64,000 nucleotides of DNA from the NCBI GenBank assembly GCA_903894565.1, contig CAITQP010000016.1:16927-80926 (forward strand), written 5' to 3'. A program made the translations under genes and the position numbers. Positions within the stretch are counted from its first letter, which is position 1. Every line of letters begins with the position of its first letter. The notes under the pieces are model-generated. The model was given only the letters and a program-made list of their open reading frames with translations. It did not search any database and had not been told where the DNA came from. Source of the stretch: an uncultured bacterium (GTDB lineage: Bacteria; Patescibacteriota; Minisyncoccia; Phycocordibacterales; UBA9973). Positions 57,936-64,000 of the stretch are shown here, piece by piece.

Positions 57936-58008
57936 GCCGAAGTAGCTCAGTTGGTAGAGCGCTCCCCTGAAGAGGGAGATGTCACCAGTTCAAATCTGGT
58001 CTTCGGCA
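57936..58008 (+). tRNA. tRNA-Phe (anticodon GAA)
   Basis: GCCGAAGTAGCTCAGTTGGTAGAGC..., anticodon loop CTGAAGA, T-arm CCAGTTCAAATCTGG, acceptor 3' CTTCGGC-A. Confidence 0.85.
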
Positions 58009-58083
58009 CAACGTAGCACTCAAACTTGCACAAATTAGCTTTTTGTGTTGTTTTGGTGTATATTGGTCTCAAACCAATTTTTT

Positions 58084-58500
58084 ATGATTAAAAGAATTTT
58101 AGGAATCATGGATTCTTCGATTAATGGACTTCGTTTTGTTCAGAAGATGAACGAAGTTCAAGAAAAATTTCCTAGTAAACGAATTGTCATTTACCACGAT
58201 TCACTTTCAGAAGTGAATGAATTCGACGGTGTAATAGTGCTCGCACTGCCAGTAGAGATTACGCAAATCATATCGAGCACTTTTGTGTTCGAGGAAGCAC
58301 TTAAAGTTTTGTGGATTTTTAACGACGATATAGTAATCCTATACGTCGATGGAAGTCAGAAGCTCCCAGGTAGGCACGTTGCATGCAGGCAACACCTACA
58401 CTTAAAAATCTCCATGATGCTGATAATGGACCAGCACGAGGAAGATTTTTGGCGGAGTATGGTTGCCTTTTACGAGTTTAGAAATCCGACATGGATTTAA
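58084..58500 (+). CDS. hypothetical protein
   Basis: Start at MIKRILGIMD. No known motif. Confidence 0.4.
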   Translation: MIKRILGIMDSSINGLRFVQKMNEVQEKFPSKRIVIYHDSLSEVNEFDGVIVLALPVEITQIISSTFVFEEALKVLWIFNDDIVILYVDGSQKLPGRHVACRQHLHLKISMMLIMDQHEEDFWRSMVAFYEFRNPTWI

Positions 58501-58573
58501 AGTAGAAAGATACCAGCCTTGATAAAGGGCTGGGATCTTTTGCATTTAGGGGGTCCAATGTATACTGGACGAC

Positions 58574-59413
58574 ATGATCGAAGGAGAAATACATCCTCTC
58601 AAAACAGCACCGAAATCAAAAGGGATCGGGCGCGGTTTGAAGCGCGCAGCTCTTGTGACTATTGCGACCACGCTTCCTATCGCTATCGGCAAAGAGAAAA
58701 TTCCGCACCACACATCATCTACTTCAGAAAAAATAATTGAACGAAACGCACAGTTTGATTCAAGAGCACCGCGCTTGGTCCCTGTAGACGAGCTTCCAAA
58801 GCAAATTGAACTTGGGCCTGATACTTTGCGTGCGAATGATACAAACGTTCCACAACAAACTGTTGCGATTGATACTGTCCGATCTGATCTTGAAAAGACT
58901 TTTACTTCAAGTACCCGAGAGCGCGCAATGCCGAGTTTGCTTGAGAAAAAGCAGGTTGAAATTGGTACAGACACACTTGAGCGATATATCCGCGATATCG
59001 TGAACGAAGGATTGAAAAACGCCGAGAACGAAGTTAAGTACGACAAAAAAGGCAGAGTGATAAAGAAAAATGTAAAAACGACATTACACTCGCTGCATAT
59101 TACAAAACAAGGAGATGTGTTGAGTTGTGAGGCTGTCTTGAATGCAAAGAAAGGTTTTTTTCTTTCATTTGATATTGTTGTAAACGGGGAGCTGTTTAAT
59201 AAAGGTAATACCATTGCACTCAGCAACCCGATGATTAGTGCCTATACAGATGGCATCGCACAACAAGCGGCGGAACAAATCATGCCTGTGTGGGACACAA
59301 TCATACCGATGCTTGGCATGAGGCTCATGCGCGAACACAAAAGTGAAGGAAAGCCAACCACGACAGTCGGTGGAAGCGGTTTGAAATATGAGTTTACCCC
59401 CAAGAAGGAGTAG
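58574..59413 (+). CDS. hypothetical protein (279 aa)
   Basis: Coding-like ORF. No motif recognised. Confidence 0.45.
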   Translation: MIEGEIHPLKTAPKSKGIGRGLKRAALVTIATTLPIAIGKEKIPHHTSSTSEKIIERNAQFDSRAPRLVPVDELPKQIELGPDTLRANDTNVPQQTVAIDTVRSDLEKTFTSSTRERAMPSLLEKKQVEIGTDTLERYIRDIVNEGLKNAENEVKYDKKGRVIKKNVKTTLHSLHITKQGDVLSCEAVLNAKKGFFLSFDIVVNGELFNKGNTIALSNPMISAYTDGIAQQAAEQIMPVWDTIIPMLGMRLMREHKSEGKPTTTVGGSGLKYEFTPKKE

Positions 59414-59457
59414 TTGCGAGCACTATCGTTTTTTTGATTTTTTGCTACAATACGCGC

Positions 59458-60480
59458 ATGAATAAAACACGCGTAGCAATCAACGGATTCGGTCGTATCG
59501 GCCGAGCATTTTTAAAAGTAGCTTGGGAACGACCAGAATTAGAAATCGTCGCAGTCAACGATCTCGGATCAATCGAGGCGCTGACCTATCTCTTGAAATA
59601 TGACACGGTATATCATCGCTGGAATCATGAGGTCAAGCACGATGGCAAGGATATTTGGGTAGATGGCAAGCAGGTCCGCTTCATTTCAGAAAAGGATACA
59701 ACCAAACTTCCATGGAAAGATTTGAATGTTGACGTCGTTGTTGAATCGACCGGTCTCTTTACCGCGTTTGAGAAATGCAAATTCCACCTCGATGATGGCG
59801 CGAAGAAAGTCGTCATCTCGGCTCCGTCAAAAGGCGACGGATCATTCCCCGGTGAGACAATTCTCCTCGGTGTGAATGAAGAAAAATTTGGTACCTGCGA
59901 TATTACTTCGAATGCATCATGTACGACAAACGCGGCTTCGCCGCTCATCGGTATTCTCGATAAGGCGATTGGTATCGAAAAGGCCGTGCTCTCGACAACA
60001 CACGCATACACCGGTACTCAGGCAATCGTTGACGGACCAAGCAAAAAAGATTTGCGTGAGGGACGCGCAGCGGCCCAGAACATCGTACCTAGCTCGACGG
60101 GTGCTGCAGTCGCTGTTGCCAAGGCATACCCACAACTCGACGGACTCTTCGACGGTATCTCACTCCGCGTGCCAGTACCAGCGGGATCAATCGTTGACAT
60201 TACGTTCATTGCAAAGCGCCCAACAACTGTCGAAGAAGTAAACACTATCCTTCGCACAGCAGCCAAAGATCCAAAATGGTCAGCAATCTTCGATGCAAGT
60301 GACGAACCACTCGTCTCAAGTGACATCCTCGGTGAATCACACGCTTCGATCGCCGACCTCGCCATGACTCGCGTCATCGGTGGCAACCTCGTCAAAGTCC
60401 TCGGTTGGTACGACAACGAAATGGGATACACACACACGCTCGTTGATCATGTCGTAAAGACCGGAAAGACGATTAAGTAA
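59458..60480 (+). CDS. gap: glyceraldehyde-3-phosphate dehydrogenase, type I
   Basis: MNKTRVAINGFGRIGR, ASCTTN catalytic Cys motif. Confidence 0.95.
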   Translation: MNKTRVAINGFGRIGRAFLKVAWERPELEIVAVNDLGSIEALTYLLKYDTVYHRWNHEVKHDGKDIWVDGKQVRFISEKDTTKLPWKDLNVDVVVESTGLFTAFEKCKFHLDDGAKKVVISAPSKGDGSFPGETILLGVNEEKFGTCDITSNASCTTNAASPLIGILDKAIGIEKAVLSTTHAYTGTQAIVDGPSKKDLREGRAAAQNIVPSSTGAAVAVAKAYPQLDGLFDGISLRVPVPAGSIVDITFIAKRPTTVEEVNTILRTAAKDPKWSAIFDASDEPLVSSDILGESHASIADLAMTRVIGGNLVKVLGWYDNEMGYTHTLVDHVVKTGKTIK

Positions 60481-60484
60481 CTAT

Positions 60485-61354
60485 ATGCCTCCGCGAGAAT
60501 CAATTGATCTAAATAAGCAATCAGATGAGCAAAACAAGCAAAATGAAAGTACTTGGCTTGGAAGGAGTACTCGCAAATTAATCGCAGGTGCTGCGCTTAC
60601 TGCGCTCTCGTTTGCTCCGCAAGAGTCGCAAGCCCAGAAAACGTATTCTGAAAAAGATACCGCAGTGCACCCGACAACTGAATGGACATATCAAGACGGA
60701 AAGGACATCGCCATTCATAAATCTAAAAAATATCCCGGATTTGTGGAATATTTCGGACGTAATGTATATAAAGGAAGCAAAGATACTACTTCGTATAGTT
60801 TCAATGGGTATATGACAGATGATCAGTTACCGATTGATCCTCCAGACGTGACAAAACTACAGATGACCCAAAAAGAGATTGAAGCTTCTTTTTATCGAAA
60901 TCCCGAAGAGTGGGCCAAACAGCAAGTTGCGTTCCAACAAACTCCTGCCTTTCGACAAAAAGTGGACACGGAATATCTTAAGGAAATAGATTCAAGAATA
61001 GAAGAACTTGAGTTTAAGGTGTCGGTGTTTGATTCAAATCATATGGATCATTTTATGGAAGGTGATATGGTGAAAAAAGATTCAAGTGATGTGTATGAGT
61101 TTAAGAACGTGAAATCAGTCGAGGTTAAGATGACTGATGAACTGAGGCAACTAAAAGAACAACGGGTGTACTATCTTAAGCATAAGGATGAACTCTTAGA
61201 TAAACACGTGGTAAGCGAAACAAAAACCTACGAACAGCTCGAAGGAATTGCAAAAATGAAACAAGCCGAGCTTCAAGAGGAATTAAAGGACCTTAGTGAG
61301 AAATACCAAAATACGCTAAAATATATCAAGGACCACACGCCAGCAGAAAAATAA
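60485..61354 (+). CDS. hypothetical secreted coiled-coil protein
   Basis: Signal-like N-terminus then K/E-rich helical C-terminal half. Confidence 0.45.
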   Translation: MPPRESIDLNKQSDEQNKQNESTWLGRSTRKLIAGAALTALSFAPQESQAQKTYSEKDTAVHPTTEWTYQDGKDIAIHKSKKYPGFVEYFGRNVYKGSKDTTSYSFNGYMTDDQLPIDPPDVTKLQMTQKEIEASFYRNPEEWAKQQVAFQQTPAFRQKVDTEYLKEIDSRIEELEFKVSVFDSNHMDHFMEGDMVKKDSSDVYEFKNVKSVEVKMTDELRQLKEQRVYYLKHKDELLDKHVVSETKTYEQLEGIAKMKQAELQEELKDLSEKYQNTLKYIKDHTPAEK

Positions 61355-61357
61355 TTT

Positions 61358-61846
61358 ATGAAAATCTACATCGCAACAGATCATGCAGGGTTTGAACTCA
61401 AGGAAACACTCAAGGCATACTTGGGTACTTTGGGGCACGAAGTTGTCGACAAAGGCGCTTTCACATTTGATGCGCAGGATGATTATCCTGACTTCGTGCG
61501 TCCATGTGCCGAGGCCGTTGCGGCTGATACCGAAAGTCTTGGTGTCGTGCTCGGCGGGTCTGGTCAAGGCGAGGCAATATGTGCCAATCGCGTGAAGGGG
61601 ATTCGAGCGGCTGTGTTTTATGGTCCGATGCTTCCTGTGGGTGCGACTGATGTGAGTGGACGTGAGTCCACGGATCCGTTTGAGCTTATTACGCTCGCAC
61701 GAGAACACAACAATGCCAATATCTTGTCGCTTGGTTCACGTTTTCTCACTGAAGCAAATGCAAAGACTGCCGTTAAGCTCTTCGTCGAAGGAGTGTTTCC
61801 AAAAGCCGAACGAAATGTTCGTCGCATTACCAAACTTGATCTCTAA
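61358..61846 (+). CDS. rpiB: ribose-5-phosphate isomerase B (RpiB/LacA/LacB family)
   Basis: MKIYIATDHAGFELKE...GSGQGEAICANRVKGIRAA. Confidence 0.85.
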   Translation: MKIYIATDHAGFELKETLKAYLGTLGHEVVDKGAFTFDAQDDYPDFVRPCAEAVAADTESLGVVLGGSGQGEAICANRVKGIRAAVFYGPMLPVGATDVSGRESTDPFELITLAREHNNANILSLGSRFLTEANAKTAVKLFVEGVFPKAERNVRRITKLDL

Positions 61847-61849
61847 TCT

Positions 61850-62566
61850 ATGACTGAAATTATCCCAGCTGTGCTCGAAAAAAACTATACCGAAGTTGTG
61901 AAGCGTCTCGATCAGGTCGCTGGTCTTGTAAAAACTGTACAGATTGATATTTGTGACGGAGTATTTGTTCCAAGTGTGACATGGCCATTCATCAGTCCTG
62001 CGCAATACGACAAGACTTTGAATCTTGATGTGGGATATCAGAAAATCGTCGCTGACGAAAAAGAAATGCCTCATTGGGAAAATTTTGATTTCGAACTCGA
62101 CCTCATGGTAGCTGATGCCAAAAAATTGCTTCCTGATTTGATGACCCTTGGACCATCACGCGTACTTTTTCATGCAGAAGCATTTACTGATCTCTACACT
62201 GAGATTGAAGAATGTTGCAAACTCATGCCAACAATCGTTGAGCCTGGGATTGCTATCAATGCTGATACGAATCCAGAGGTCTTGTTTGAATTGCTTGATG
62301 CTGGACTCATCACGAGTGTGCAGTGTATGGGTATCGCCAAAATTGGATACCAAGGTCAGCCATTTGATGAACGAGTAGTTGCAAACTTGCGCACGCTTCG
62401 TGCGCGCTACCCAAAACTCCCGCTCGGAGTTGATGGAGCTGTTACTCTCGAAACTGCACCAAAGCTCGTCGAAGCCGGCGCTACGCGCCTCGCTTCAGGC
62501 TCGGGCATCTTCGCCGCTCCTGATATTACAAAAAGAATCAAAGAATTCGAATCTGTGCTAAAATAG
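61850..62566 (+). CDS. rpe: ribulose-phosphate 3-epimerase-like protein
   Basis: TIM-barrel Rpe pattern (IDICDGVFVP, GVDGAV-LET). Divergent. Confidence 0.65.
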   Translation: MTEIIPAVLEKNYTEVVKRLDQVAGLVKTVQIDICDGVFVPSVTWPFISPAQYDKTLNLDVGYQKIVADEKEMPHWENFDFELDLMVADAKKLLPDLMTLGPSRVLFHAEAFTDLYTEIEECCKLMPTIVEPGIAINADTNPEVLFELLDAGLITSVQCMGIAKIGYQGQPFDERVVANLRTLRARYPKLPLGVDGAVTLETAPKLVEAGATRLASGSGIFAAPDITKRIKEFESVLK

Positions 62567-62572
62567 CTCCAT

Positions 62573-63421
62573 ATGCTTACTGATGAAAAAGTTCGGGAAC
62601 TTACATTACAAGCCAATGCTATCCGCCAGTCGACAATAGAGGAATTGCTCCTTGCAAAATCAGGACATTCTGCGGGTCCGCTCGGAATGACGGATATTTT
62701 TACGTATTTTTATTTCCACGCACTCCGTCATGATCCAAAGCGTCCTGATTGGGCAGAACGTGATCGCTTTGTGCTTTCGAATGGACACATTTGTCCAGGG
62801 CTCTACGCTACGCTCGCGCATGCAGGGTATTTCCCAGTGGAAGAATTGAAGACACTTCGCAAGCTTGGCAGTCGTCTCCAAGGTCACCCACATCGTGAGT
62901 GGCTTTCGTGTGTTGAGACATCAAGTGGTCCACTCGGATCAGGTCTTTCACAGGCTGCAGGTATGGCACTCGCCGACAAAATGGATTATGGCGCCACAGC
63001 AACTCGCCACATTTACTGTTTCATTTCTGATGGAGAACTTCAGGAGGGAAATAGTTGGGAGGGCATCATGTTTGCTGGAAAATACAAACTCAACAATCTC
63101 ATCACGGTCATCGACTACAACAATATTCAAATCGAAGGTCTTGTCTCTGATATTATGCCCCTCGAACCACTCGCTGATAAATGGAAGAGTTTTAATTGGC
63201 ATGTGATTGAAGTTGATGGTCATGATTTTCGTGCTATCGATGAAGCAGTCGAGCAAGCAAAATCTATGTCTGCACAGCCGACAGTCATCATTGCGCACAC
63301 GATTCCAGGCAAGGGCGTCTCATATATGGAACGCAATTACAAATGGCATGGCAATCCACCAAACGCCGAGCAAGCAGCTCAAGCAATCGCCGAACTCAAA
63401 GAAGCAGCGCTCAAGATATAA
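62573..63421 (+). CDS. transketolase, N-terminal (TPP-binding) subunit of a split enzyme
   Basis: SGHSAGPLGMTDIF, DRFVLSNGH, GDGELQEG motifs. Confidence 0.85.
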   Translation: MLTDEKVRELTLQANAIRQSTIEELLLAKSGHSAGPLGMTDIFTYFYFHALRHDPKRPDWAERDRFVLSNGHICPGLYATLAHAGYFPVEELKTLRKLGSRLQGHPHREWLSCVETSSGPLGSGLSQAAGMALADKMDYGATATRHIYCFISDGELQEGNSWEGIMFAGKYKLNNLITVIDYNNIQIEGLVSDIMPLEPLADKWKSFNWHVIEVDGHDFRAIDEAVEQAKSMSAQPTVIIAHTIPGKGVSYMERNYKWHGNPPNAEQAAQAIAELKEAALKI

Positions 63422-63425
63422 TCAT

Positions 63426-64000
63426 ATGATAAATCCAAATCTAAAACTCAATCCAAAAATCTGGAACGACGATGTCGAGATGCTTCCAATCCGTCACGGA
63501 TTTGGCGAAGGCTTGCTTAAGGCAGCTGAGACTGACGAAAGTATCGTTGGTATTTGCGCCGACCTTACCGAAAGTACAAAAATGAATCTTTTTGCGGACA
63601 AATTTCCAAAGCGTTTCGTACAAGTTGGAGTTGCAGAACAGAACCTCGTCACGGTCGCGTCTGGGATGGCTGCAATGGGCAAATTTCCATTTGTATCTTC
63701 CTACGCAATGTTTAGTCCAGGACGCAACTGGGAACAGATTCGCACGACGATTTGCTACAACAATGTCCCAGTCGTTGTTGCCGGAAGCCACGCAGGAATT
63801 TCTGTTGGACCAGATGGTGGCACACACCAAGCGCTTGAAGATATCGCATTGATGCGTGTCCTCCCAAATATGATTGTGCTTACACCATGTGATGCAATCG
63901 AGGCTCGCAAAGCAACACTTGCGATCGCAAAACTCCGCAAGCCTGCATATATCCGTCTCGCACGTGAAAAGAGCCCTGTTATCACTACAGAAGAAACTCC
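63426..64000 (+). CDS. transketolase, C-terminal (pyrimidine-binding) subunit, 5' partial (runs off window end)
   Basis: ATG at 63426. Open frame to window end; GVAEQNLVTVASGMA and FSPGR-WEQIR motifs. Confidence 0.8.
   Translation, partial: MINPNLKLNPKIWNDDVEMLPIRHGFGEGLLKAAETDESIVGICADLTESTKMNLFADKFPKRFVQVGVAEQNLVTVASGMAAMGKFPFVSSYAMFSPGRNWEQIRTTICYNNVPVVVAGSHAGISVGPDGGTHQALEDIALMRVLPNMIVLTPCDAIEARKATLAIAKLRKPAYIRLAREKSPVITTEET

Overview
This 64 kb window looks like part of a small-genome bacterial chromosome with Gram-positive-type cell-wall machinery. It is dense, mostly standard-code coding sequence. DnaX is short, only 341 aa. The wall genes include PBP2 followed directly by a FemAB-family transferase, and a partial dcw block of mraZ-rsmH-ftsL-ftsI-murF. 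The window also carries a class I fructose-bisphosphate aldolase, a split transketolase and many orphan small genes. Together these suggest a CPR/Patescibacteria-like or similarly reduced lineage, but that is inference only. The conserved core is tRNA-dihydrouridine synthase, dnaX, glycolysis (fba, eno-gpmI, gap), a pyrimidine de novo block (pyrC-carA-carB-pyrB), greA, lysS and a non-oxidative pentose-phosphate block (rpiB-rpe-tktN-tktC). An eight-gene minus-strand operon is led by an ECF sigma/anti-sigma pair and encodes a MacAB-like tripartite ABC efflux module. Four tRNAs are present: Gln at 2.9 kb and a Glu/Arg/Phe cluster at 57-58 kb. The accessory content is: (1) an AT-rich two-gene islet right after tRNA-Gln; (2) a 1790-aa secreted parallel-beta-helix giant protein with GGAI/FxxN repeats and a C-terminal peptidoglycan-binding-like domain, next to a lipoprotein and a polysaccharide deacetylase; (3) an AT-rich orphan gene at 19.5-20.4 kb; (4) a roughly 6 kb AT-rich variable region (51-57 kb) next to the tRNA cluster. 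Region (4) is built from single-gene transcription units, each with its own near-consensus sigma70 promoter and intrinsic terminator. It contains duplicated promoter, duplicated terminator and 42-bp direct-repeat copies. I consider it the best candidate for an undescribed system. No CRISPR array, rRNA or recognisable transposase/integrase was seen.
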